From IMG/VR virus record IMGVR_UViG_3300036795_000069, positions 1 to 51,570 of that record: DNA of 51,570 nucleotides; one strand, written 5' to 3'. Below, in pieces: positions 43,828 through 51,443 of the stretch. Under the pieces are notes generated by a model. It had not been told where the DNA came from, searched no databases, and saw only the letters and a list, made by a program, of their open reading frames with translations. The stretch's first letter is position 1. Each line of letters starts with the position of its first letter. A program made the translations under genes and the position numbers. Source of the DNA: a virus (Duplodnaviria > Caudoviricetes).

Positions 43828-45039
43828 TCATGTTGCTACCCTCCCTCTATGTTCGGTCGATGCCACGTTGGCCTCGCGGACCCAGTAGTGGTGCTCGCGT
43901 TGGTCGTACAAAGTCTTGAGGGTGTACTGGTAATCTTCGCCCATGTTCACGCCCAGGCAGGGCTGACGGAATGCACAGAACTTGCAACTGAAGCGGCCTG
44001 GGTTCGGATAGATCGGTAGGCCAGGATCTACGATGTCCTTGGACTCTGTGTAGATGACCTTGCCGATCTCGATGAGTTCGTTCTGGTTCTTGTGAATCTG
44101 GTACCGGTGATAGAACTGAGGTCCTTCAGCCTGCAACCAGTCCAGGAAGTCGTCGTAGTATCCACCGTTGAAGCCGAGCTTGTCGTGCTCTCGTACGTGT
44201 GCCAGGTAGGTTGGATAGTCGACGTCTTGGTTCTTACTGACGCTGAACAGACATCCTAGTCGCCGTTGCTTGTTCTTCTTCGGCGGTCCCGGGAAGCCCT
44301 TCTTCTGCTCATGGTAGACGAAGCCTCTGATAGGCAGTCCGAGTACCTTGCCTAGCGCCCATGGGTATGAGCCTACTTGGTCGTCGAGCTGGAGGAACTC
44401 GTCGTCGTCGACACTGAGTCGGGCTGCTGTCTTCCAGTCGAAGATCCAGTAGTCCCCGTGGTCGTCTTCGCCGAGCATGTCAACTCGTCCTGCGAACACG
44501 ACGCCATTGTCTTCTGGACTGTGCTGACGGCAGTTAGGTAGTTGACAACGAAGCTGGATGCCTGTCTCCGGATCCACGACAGGAACCTCGAAGCTAAGCT
44601 CGACTTTGACTGGTCGAAATCCAAAGTCTGTTCCGACGACCTGCTGCGCATAGTACGCCAACATCCCTTGACCAAGCGCCAGACGTTCGTCATAGTCCGC
44701 CTGTACCTCGTCTTCCAAGTAAGGAATTGCCTCTTGGGTAAGGAAGGCCTTACGCTGCTTCTCGCAGGTCTCGACGAACGCCTTCTGGGCGAACGCGATC
44801 TTGATGTGGATTGGGAAGTCCCACCGAGCTGGGTCGTAGAACGCTTCCATCCCGTTGTGATAGGCTACACCGAACTCCAGCGGCTTGGCTGTGACCTTCG
44901 GGTACCAGTTGTCGCGGAAGATCCAATGCCAGCGACGTCTACACCCACGGAATGATTTCCGTTCGGATGTGTGAACTTCATGCGGCACGACTTGCCCCCT
45001 CACCCATGCAATAAGCTTGGTGATATGTTGTGCGATCAC
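43828..45039 (-). CDS. Cas4/RecB-like PD-(D/E)XK exonuclease
   Basis: FRGCRRRW, GRVD..IFDWKT and CKFCAFRQPC (Fe-S); probably leaderless. Confidence 0.88.
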   Translation of the reverse strand: MIAQHITKLIAWVRGQVVPHEVHTSERKSFRGCRRRWHWIFRDNWYPKVTAKPLEFGVAYHNGMEAFYDPARWDFPIHIKIAFAQKAFVETCEKQRKAFLTQEAIPYLEDEVQADYDERLALGQGMLAYYAQQVVGTDFGFRPVKVELSFEVPVVDPETGIQLRCQLPNCRQHSPEDNGVVFAGRVDMLGEDDHGDYWIFDWKTAARLSVDDDEFLQLDDQVGSYPWALGKVLGLPIRGFVYHEQKKGFPGPPKKNKQRRLGCLFSVSKNQDVDYPTYLAHVREHDKLGFNGGYYDDFLDWLQAEGPQFYHRYQIHKNQNELIEIGKVIYTESKDIVDPGLPIYPNPGRFSCKFCAFRQPCLGVNMGEDYQYTLKTLYDQREHHYWVREANVASTEHRGRVAT

Positions 45040-45044
45040 CAATA

Positions 45045-45074
45045 ATTATATCACCAGTGATCTCACTGCCACAA
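45045..45074 (-). promoter_or_regulatory. SigA-like promoter with a palindromic operator in the spacer
   Basis: C-TTGTGG-N18-TATAAT; spacer contains CAGTGA-GA-TCACTG. Confidence 0.75.
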
Positions 45075-45107
45075 GGTGAATTTATATACGAACGCTTTGA
45101 CGCTGGA

Positions 45108-45416
45108 TCAAGACTCCACAGGAAGTGGTTCACTAGACGTGATGTTCACGTTGCAGCCCTTACAACCTGCCTTGTCGCATAGGGTGCAGTAGAATAGGGC
45201 TACCCTGAGGCGTTCTAGATCCTCCTGGCACACCTTGTAGGTCGCGATGTGCTCGTGGACACAGCCGCCAGTGACCAGATGGGTCGCTTCTCCCATGCAG
45301 TTCATGAAGTTGAAGCAGTACTTCCCCTCCTTATCGCCTGAAGTGAACTCTAGGATGGACCTGAGATCCTGAATAGTAACTTCTTTGAAGTCCGGTATTT
45401 CACCCATCGTTGTCAT
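45108..45416 (-). CDS. Cys-rich hypothetical protein
   Basis: Multiple CxxC/CxH motifs; overlaps the upstream gene. Confidence 0.65.
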   Translation of the reverse strand: MTTMGEIPDFKEVTIQDLRSILEFTSGDKEGKYCFNFMNCMGEATHLVTGGCVHEHIATYKVCQEDLERLRVALFYCTLCDKAGCKGCNVNITSSEPLPVES

Positions 45417-45726
45417 CCCTTCCGTAACGCTTGGTGTGGCGGAGGCCCTTCATTGAGTTACGTTCCGACTTCGTGAGCATGGGATACGGAGGATCCATGA
45501 TCGCCATGATGGCCTGATGAGCGTCGAGGAACACTGGACAGTCGAGACCATCCCTGGTGCAGCGTCTGTACTTGCACGTCTTCTCGGGACAGCTCTTGAC
45601 GGCCTGTTCAGCCATCTTCAGTGCTGCCTGACGGAGAGTAACAGGATCGATGTCGTGATCCCCTGCCAGAATGGAGGCATCGGGATCCTTCTCGGCCTTG
45701 CCGTTCCTCATACGCGGTGAGGTCAT
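45400..45726 (-). CDS. Hypothetical protein with a Cys cluster
   Basis: ATGA overlap. Confidence 0.65.
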   Translation of the reverse strand: MTSPRMRNGKAEKDPDASILAGDHDIDPVTLRQAALKMAEQAVKSCPEKTCKYRRCTRDGLDCPVFLDAHQAIMAIMDPPYPMLTKSERNSMKGLRHTKRYGRDDNDG

Positions 45727-46256
45727 CGCTTGAGACTCGCCGACACCGCCGAGGCGATCAGGTTGGCAGCGTTGTCTCGTACTGCGTTGATGACGTCCTG
45801 ACGAGCCTTGTTGATGAGGGGCTGAAGCTCCTTCACCATCGACTGGTTCACCTGGTCCTGAAGTAGACCGTTGAACGAGGGAGCACTGCTGCGGTTGCTA
45901 TAGCTCTCCTTGCCAGGGCGCGTAAGGAAGGCCCTGGTCTCGTCCATGATCAGCTCTCGCAAGGTCGTCTCCTTGCCCAGCTTCTGACCGTAACCAGTGG
46001 TGAGCTGGAAGGGCTCGTTCAGAGCCTCGGCGATGTGCGAGGAGATCTGACTCTGGATCGTCTCAGTGACGGTGCTGATGATCTGCTGCTTGACCTCGCG
46101 GTCCATCTGCTGCATGAGTTGGGCGACTGCACCTGCGACGATGGCCCCTCGAAGGTCGACAGAGTAGCCTGCAACGCCTACCGAATAGTCACCCTCGTCT
46201 TCGTCCAGCACGGTGCCAAGGTTGATCTTGACAACCAGGTCTTCAGACCTCGCCAT
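45723..46256 (-). CDS. Hypothetical helical protein
   Basis: GGGAG RBS. Confidence 0.75.
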   Translation of the reverse strand: MARSEDLVVKINLGTVLDEDEGDYSVGVAGYSVDLRGAIVAGAVAQLMQQMDREVKQQIISTVTETIQSQISSHIAEALNEPFQLTTGYGQKLGKETTLRELIMDETRAFLTRPGKESYSNRSSAPSFNGLLQDQVNQSMVKELQPLINKARQDVINAVRDNAANLIASAVSASLKR

Positions 46257-46665
46257 TGCTTACGCTCCCTGTGGTGTTGTTCAAAGCCGTCTTAGCAGCC
46301 TCAAGTGTCGGATTACGGTAGTCACCATCGCCACGGTACTCTGGAGCGACTTCGGTCTTCGGAAGCAGGTTCTTGCCGATCGCAGCGAACCAGTGCTCCC
46401 CATCTGCCCATGCGCGAGTCGGCTTACCGCAGACTGCACATACCCACCAGCCGTACTTACGGCCTCGAGTCCAACCAGCGAGCTTACCCCGATGCTTGTC
46501 CGAGTTGTCACAGTACAGGGTTGGCTTCTTGTAGACCGCACGTACGTCGGCCTTGACGATAGCTGTGTCGCCACTGATGTGAATGTACTGCGCATCCACT
46601 ACGTACTCAGTGAAGGCGTCTGCCTCAGCATCGTTGTCGAAGGAGAGCAATACGTACTTAGCCAC
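46243..46665 (-). CDS. Hypothetical protein (MAK-family N-domain plus Zn ribbon)
   Basis: MAKYVLLSFDNDAEADAF; WVCAVCGKP. Confidence 0.75.
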   Translation of the reverse strand: MAKYVLLSFDNDAEADAFTEYVVDAQYIHISGDTAIVKADVRAVYKKPTLYCDNSDKHRGKLAGWTRGRKYGWWVCAVCGKPTRAWADGEHWFAAIGKNLLPKTEVAPEYRGDGDYRNPTLEAAKTALNNTTGSVSNGEV

Positions 46666-46837
46666 GTTCCACCATCAGCTTTCTGCCAGGCCTGACATCT
46701 TGGATGTCGTAGTACACTCGACGCACACCTTGCCTACGTGTGCTGTTGCTAGGTACTATGACATACTCTTTGATGTTGTCGATGAGGGAGTTGGCTTGGG
46801 CATCGTCATCGATCCTGATGGTGACGATCTTAGCCAT
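46658..46837 (-). CDS. 59-aa MAK-family protein
   Basis: GGGGAG RBS; MAKIVTIRIDDDAQANSL; read by eye. Confidence 0.65.
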   Translation of the reverse strand: MAKIVTIRIDDDAQANSLIDNIKEYVIVPSNSTRRQGVRRVYYDIQDVRPGRKLMVERG

Positions 46838-47022
46838 CAGGTACTCCCCGCCGCTTCTTGTGCATGCTCCAGCGTGTTCAGGAGGTCCTTGTCCGAGTAC
46901 GGTAGGCCTCCTGGCAGCTTTAGTGCCGTGTCAGTGGCTAGCTGAAGTAGACGACGACACTCAGCGGGCGAAAGGAACAAGTGGATCACCGGCTCCTTAC
47001 GTTCCACCTCATAGGTAGCCAT
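46837..47022 (-). CDS. Hypothetical protein
   Basis: TGATG coupling at both ends. Confidence 0.65.
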   Translation of the reverse strand: MATYEVERKEPVIHLFLSPAECRRLLQLATDTALKLPGGLPYSDKDLLNTLEHAQEAAGST

Positions 47023-47282
47023 CAGTTCTCGTCCCACGGTCGTACTGCAAGTTCACCTTCGCCTCGAACACCTGGCGGGTACGTCGATGCGCTCGTTACT
47101 GTGTGTAGCTCGTCGTTGACCTTGTGCAGTACACGAAGTAGGTGGTCGTAGCCGTTGGCTTCCGCTCCTAGACCATTTGAGAGCTTGTCGTGTGACTCGT
47201 TAGCCAGGGCGTACAGCAACTCGAACTCCTCCTGCGCCAGCTCCAGAGTGACCAGGATGGTCTTCTTAACCCCGAACTGCAT
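47022..47282 (-). CDS. Hypothetical protein
   Basis: AAGGAG RBS. Confidence 0.7.
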   Translation of the reverse strand: MQFGVKKTILVTLELAQEEFELLYALANESHDKLSNGLGAEANGYDHLLRVLHKVNDELHTVTSASTYPPGVRGEGELAVRPWDEN

Positions 47283-47469
47283 CGGAAGTCTCCTTCTTGC
47301 GATCGGCCATGACGTCGATGCCCCTCTTGAACGAGGTGACGATCGCTGCTGGCACTACACAGTCGCCGAGCGGTCCATCGACAATGGTCTGGTTTGAATC
47401 GTTCACCGTGGCGATGAAGCGATCAGCATCCTTGTCGGTCTCGAAGTAGACCGTGACGCACTTAGCCAT
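47266..47469 (-). CDS. 67-aa MAK-family protein
   Basis: MAKCVTVYFETDKDADRF; AAGGA RBS. Confidence 0.7.
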   Translation of the reverse strand: MAKCVTVYFETDKDADRFIATVNDSNQTIVDGPLGDCVVPAAIVTSFKRGIDVMADRKKETSDAVRG

Positions 47470-47789
47470 CAGTCCTTCACCGCCGACAAGTGCTCGTTGA
47501 GCCTGCGCTCCTCTTCCAGCAGCGCGTGGTACTTGCGGTTACGAACGATCTTCTCCAGCTCCTCACGGTTCTTCGGCCGCTTGATCGACATGCTGGAGAA
47601 CTCGAACGAGATGGTCAGGCCGAGTAGAGTGGCCAGTTCAGCGAACAGAGTGTGTGCTCCGTTCGGAATGTTCTCGTCACCCATCTTTCCGTTCAGGGTG
47701 GCAATGATCTCGAGCGAGTTCCACTCGTCGAGTGCGAGTGCCGCAATCTCCTCATCGGAGACCTCGATTTCGTCCTTGTTGATCGTCAT
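47469..47789 (-). CDS. Hypothetical protein
   Basis: GAGGAG RBS; ATGA overlap. Confidence 0.7.
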   Translation of the reverse strand: MTINKDEIEVSDEEIAALALDEWNSLEIIATLNGKMGDENIPNGAHTLFAELATLLGLTISFEFSSMSIKRPKNREELEKIVRNRKYHALLEEERRLNEHLSAVKD

Positions 47790-48034
47790 GCGGATGTCTC
47801 CTCGAGCTTGGGGTGGAGTGGCTTGATGTTGAGGGTGTCGTCGTTGATGTCGCACGCGGAGTCGATGAAGGCGAATACGTCGTTGACATCATCGCTGACC
47901 AGACCGTACTTCTCGTAGGCGATCCGCTGACCGTAGAAGCCGATGTTGTTGGGCGGCTCTTCGATGGGCATCGCCACGCCGTCGAACTCCTCGTGCTCGT
48001 GAGTCCGTGGCTTGAGGTTCAGGTGCAGTTTCAT
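47786..48034 (-). CDS. Hypothetical protein
   Basis: AAGGGG RBS; ATGA overlap. Confidence 0.7.
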   Translation of the reverse strand: MKLHLNLKPRTHEHEEFDGVAMPIEEPPNNIGFYGQRIAYEKYGLVSDDVNDVFAFIDSACDINDDTLNIKPLHPKLEETSA

Positions 48035-48123
48035 CGGTAGTGATTCCCCTTCTTAAGGGTTAGTCCACATCGCTTGCAGACCTTAGTTCCGAAGATCGGA
48101 TAGAACACGTGGATGCTCTTCAC
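48031..48123 (-). CDS. 30-aa His/Cys peptide
   Basis: GGAGGA RBS; MKSIHVFYPIFGTKVCKRCGLTLKKGNHYR. Confidence 0.55.
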   Translation of the reverse strand: MKSIHVFYPIFGTKVCKRCGLTLKKGNHYR

Positions 48124-48161
48124 GTTTCCTCCGGGTTGGCAGATGTTTTCCTTCTACGACT

Positions 48162-48191
48162 ATTATATCACAGCGCCCTCTAGCCTCACAA
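48162..48191 (-). promoter_or_regulatory. SigA-like early promoter
   Basis: GGTC-TTGTGA-N18-(TGA)TATAAT. Confidence 0.8.
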
Positions 48192-48194
48192 GAC

Positions 48195-48401
48195 CTAAAC
48201 GGCGGTATCCTCGAAGTTTTCTTTGAGGCTCACCGGATAGAAGTCGTGCTTGATCCCTGCACACTTCTCGCCGTGCTTGTGGTGGTGGATGATCGTCTCA
48301 CCTGCGCCGCGCTTGTCGACGAGACGCTCTTGTGCCTCTTCCTGAAGCTTGTTCAGGTTGATCGTCTTGTCGTCTCCGGCGTACGTGTTGTGTAGGCTCA
48401 T
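48195..48401 (-). CDS. His-rich hypothetical protein
   Basis: GGAGG RBS; IHHHKHGEKC. Confidence 0.65.
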   Translation of the reverse strand: MSLHNTYAGDDKTINLNKLQEEAQERLVDKRGAGETIIHHHKHGEKCAGIKHDFYPVSLKENFEDTAV

Positions 48402-48700
48402 CGTAGGTTAATGCCTCCAGGCATAGTATGCGGAGACGATCAAGATCATCCCCAGAAAGATCCACATGACTGTCATCTTTGTTTACCACCAGAAATCATT
48501 CCAGATACGTCTCATCAAGGACATCACCGGATTTCGGGCATATCCAGAGAATGACAAAACACTGATTGCGACGTTCGTAGGAGGTTTGGACTTTTTCGAT
48601 ACGTCCCTGGCTCTTATTGTATGGATGGCGTTGACCACAGCGCCGACAATACACGCCGACGCTGACGTCACCGATGCTAGGAGGGGCCCATCCACTGCCA

Positions 48701-48997
48701 TTATGCTTCTTCCTCCTCCGCCATTTCGGGTTCCACGTATGGATCTGGGGGTTCTCTGACGGCGTCTGCCTCGGCGATGTCGATGACGGATCGTCCACAG
48801 ACACACATCTCCTTCTTGAGCTTCCCAGTCCTGATCCAGTAGTACACCATCTGTGGCTTGATGCCATGTGTCTTGGCGTACTCGATCGGCGACGCCTTGC
48901 TCTGCTCGGCGATTCGGTCCTCGAGCTCGTCCTGCTCCATCTGGGCGAAGAGCTCGTCAGTGGTCAGTGCTGGTATACCAGTGGACTTGTCGTCCAT
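48701..48997 (-). CDS. Xis/MerR-like HTH DNA-binding protein
   Basis: SPIEYAKTHGIKPQMVYYWIRTGKL...GR.VID. Confidence 0.75.
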   Translation of the reverse strand: MDDKSTGIPALTTDELFAQMEQDELEDRIAEQSKASPIEYAKTHGIKPQMVYYWIRTGKLKKEMCVCGRSVIDIAEADAVREPPDPYVEPEMAEEEEA

Positions 48998-49212
48998 GGC
49001 GCCCACGCTCCCACCGTGTCATCCTCATCGATCCAGAGGCTCTGAACTACTAGGCCACAGTTGATGCAGGTCGAGTTCGCCTTGTTGCCAGAGAAGGTGT
49101 ACGTGACCTGGTTGTCTTTCACCAGGTGACGATTGCCTGTCTCTGGGCACGTCTTGGCTTGGGCTCGTTGGGTCGCCCTGAACAACTGTGCGTCCGTGTA
49201 CTTGATGGTCAT
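48964..49212 (-). CDS. Zn-ribbon-like hypothetical protein
   Basis: CP....H, CINCG; follows the promoter at 49245. Confidence 0.65.
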   Translation of the reverse strand: MTIKYTDAQLFRATQRAQAKTCPETGNRHLVKDNQVTYTFSGNKANSTCINCGLVVQSLWIDEDDTVGAWAPWTTSPLVYQH

Positions 49213-49244
49213 GTCTATCAGCCTTTCGTTTGCCTGATAGATCA

Positions 49245-49273
49245 ATTATATAACACTAACCGTTTCATCTCAA
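49245..49273 (-). promoter_or_regulatory. SigA-like early promoter
   Basis: GGGC-TTGAGA-N17-TATAAT-T. Confidence 0.75.
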
Positions 49274-49321
49274 GCCCTTATCATAGGGTCCATTGAGAAA
49301 TTCTTTTTGGTGAGCGCTTAG

Positions 49322-49415
49322 GTCTCTAGCTCGTCTAACCGATTGAGATCCACATGAGACACAAATCGTCATCGATCTTACGTCTTACTGGGGTCGAGAT
49401 CTCTCTTTGAGTCTC
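49322..49415 (+). repeat. 94-bp phased conserved element, copy 3
   Basis: Aligns without gaps to copies 1 and 2. Confidence 0.85.
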
Positions 49416-49562
49416 GCTGCTTGGGTTCGTAGCAGAACACCACAGCACGAAACTAGCGAAAGATGGCCTTGAAGCCGCTGAACCAGAAGCGCGTGCACAT
49501 GTAGGCACGCGCGACAATGCAGCCGCGTTTGATTAGATCCGGTGGCTCTACCCATTTAGGCA

Positions 49563-49943
49563 TTACATCTTACCTCCGGTCTCGTCGTGTAGCTGCCGAC
49601 GCAGGCGCGCCAGAGCTTGTTCTTTCCGTGCTGGAGAAGCTCCACGGTTCGGGTAGATCTTCTCCTCAGTACGGTTCGTCTCTTCTTTGGGAATCGAACC
49701 GTCGTCGTTTACCTGGATGAACCAGCTCGTGTCATACCAGGGGCACACTGAGTTGCGACACGTCAGTGTGTGTAGCATGGCTGGCATCCTGTTCGCGGTG
49801 AGCTGCCGTGGCACGTGCCGCTGTGCGGTCTTCTCACCTGGCTTGAAGCACTTTGGACAGCGTGCGGCGTCTTCGTACGAGACATCACCTGGTTGAAGAG
49901 CTGTTGTTGGCCGTGGCTCTGGAGCATCGTGCTTACCCATCAC
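49563..49943 (-). CDS. Zn-ribbon protein
   Basis: RCPKC...CRNSVCPW. Confidence 0.75.
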   Translation of the reverse strand: MMGKHDAPEPRPTTALQPGDVSYEDAARCPKCFKPGEKTAQRHVPRQLTANRMPAMLHTLTCRNSVCPWYDTSWFIQVNDDGSIPKEETNRTEEKIYPNRGASPARKEQALARLRRQLHDETGGKM

Positions 49944-50521
49944 TTACTTGCCTCCTCAAGTGTCTGCATGGCCCTAATTAGCTGACCCATCGTCTTCTCA
50001 AGCGTACTGACTCTCGAGTTCAGGTCTGCGATACGCTGGTCGCGCATCTCACCGCCCATGTCGCTATTGGCTCGTGCCTCTACACCTGGGCGACGCTTGG
50101 ACTTGCCCTTGCCGTTGGAGTTGGCTTCCATGTACAGCTCGATTGTCGGCTCGGTGATGAGCTCCCACTGTGAGGGAGACCCTCCACCACCACGACGAAG
50201 CTGTCGGATGCAGTCCATGTTCTTGAGGTGCTTGGTGATCGTCGAGTAGTACGGAATGGTGAAGTGCAGCTCCTCGAACAGACGAGTCAGCATGCCCTCG
50301 TAGTACACCATCTCCGTGGAGGTGCCTGCGCCATCGGGAGTGGTTCGCTTGGCGTGCGCCATCATCTCCCGGTAGATCTGCTGGCAGTGTAGGAAGTCAG
50401 CTGGCGGAGCGTTGTTCGAATCACCTCCCTTGGGACCTGTGATGCCTTCAGGATTGTTAGCGTAGCCCCGCGATCCACGTGCAGGGTGATCGGCATCTCT
50501 GTCGAACACGGAGGATGTCAT
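49940..50521 (-). CDS. Probable winged-helix DNA-binding protein with a coiled coil
   Basis: YYSTITKHLKNMDCIRQLRRGGG..SQW. Confidence 0.6.
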   Translation of the reverse strand: MTSSVFDRDADHPARGSRGYANNPEGITGPKGGDSNNAPPADFLHCQQIYREMMAHAKRTTPDGAGTSTEMVYYEGMLTRLFEELHFTIPYYSTITKHLKNMDCIRQLRRGGGGSPSQWELITEPTIELYMEANSNGKGKSKRRPGVEARANSDMGGEMRDQRIADLNSRVSTLEKTMGQLIRAMQTLEEASK

Positions 50522-50778
50522 TACTGGCCTACCTTCGCAGCTGCAACGAACTTGTCTCGGGTGCTACGCACTTGCTGAATGTCGAAGTCGATGTCTGCCA
50601 TCAGCTCCAGCAGCTTGTCGACTGTGTCCAAGGCTACTGAGTCACCGATGTGCTCGTCCTTGGCGTCTTCCATGCACTCAACCTGGAAGGCTAGGAGCTC
50701 GCTGACGACCTTCGCCTCGAACGATGTAACACTGACTAGGAGTTCTATACGTCGTGGTTGTGGTTGTTGTCCTTGCAT
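50521..50778 (-). CDS. Hypothetical protein
   Basis: AGGT RBS; TAATG overlap. Confidence 0.7.
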   Translation of the reverse strand: MQGQQPQPRRIELLVSVTSFEAKVVSELLAFQVECMEDAKDEHIGDSVALDTVDKLLELMADIDFDIQQVRSTRDKFVAAAKVGQ

Positions 50779-50826
50779 TACTTACCTGCCTTATGTGTAA
50801 TTACATAATCTCACTACTAAGCGCCG

Positions 50827-50864
50827 AAAAAGTGGGAGGAGGCCATTTCGGCTACTCCTCCCAC
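50827..50864 (-). terminator. Intrinsic terminator after the 50888..51394 gene
   Basis: GTGGGAGGAG/CTCCTCCCAC stem followed by a U-tract on the - strand. Confidence 0.75.
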
Positions 50865-50887
50865 CTTAACTTCGGTGGCCGAGCTGG

Positions 50888-51394
50888 TTACTCCGCCTCT
50901 TCCGCGGGCTCGCCCTGCTCCGTTGCAGCTTCGGTCTCGACGACCGGCTTCGCCGCAGCCTTCGCAGCGTCCTTGGCGGCCTTCTCGGTCTTCGCCGTCT
51001 CGCGATCGGTCTTCCGCTGCTCCTTGGCGTCCCACCATGCGAGGCCGTCGGCGACCTTGATCTGCGGGCGACCGTCGATCACCTCGGCGGGGAAGGGGTG
51101 CTCCTTGGAGGCGTTGCGGATGTACGAGTACACCTGCTGCGGACGGATGTCGACCTGACGCTCCTCGAGCAGCGCCTTCTGGAAGCCGATCGGGCTGACG
51201 TAGCCGTCGCTAATCGCTGGCCGAGTCGACTTGGACTCCTTGGCGGGCTTGGCAGCCACAGTGCCGTCTTCGTTGGTCACCGTGGTGCCGGCGACGTCCT
51301 CGGTCTCCGAGTCGGTCGCAGCCTGGGTGGCCAGTTCCTCTTCGGTGGTGGGCTCGACGTCGAGTTCCGCGCCGTTGCCGTGTCGTGAAGCCAT
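50888..51394 (-). CDS. Xis/MerR-like HTH DNA-binding protein with charged disordered flanks
   Basis: SPIGFQK..., RPQQVYSYIRN, DGRPQI; AGGAGG RBS; has its own promoter and terminator. Confidence 0.75.
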   Translation of the reverse strand: MASRHGNGAELDVEPTTEEELATQAATDSETEDVAGTTVTNEDGTVAAKPAKESKSTRPAISDGYVSPIGFQKALLEERQVDIRPQQVYSYIRNASKEHPFPAEVIDGRPQIKVADGLAWWDAKEQRKTDRETAKTEKAAKDAAKAAAKPVVETEAATEQGEPAEEAE

Positions 51395-51443
51395 GACTTT
51401 CCTCCTGCTAGAATGAATGGGTGTAGTTTTGCTTGCCTTCGAT

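Noticed and set aside
43828-45039. Cas4-like gene as evidence of CRISPR-Cas
   Set aside because: There is no array and no other cas gene; solo Cas4-like nucleases next to Sak4/SSB are ordinary phage recombination genes.
21573-49415. 94-bp elements as a CRISPR array, att sites or IS ends
   Set aside because: The copies are dispersed rather than tandem, there is no integrase, transposase or invertase, and no target duplications are seen.
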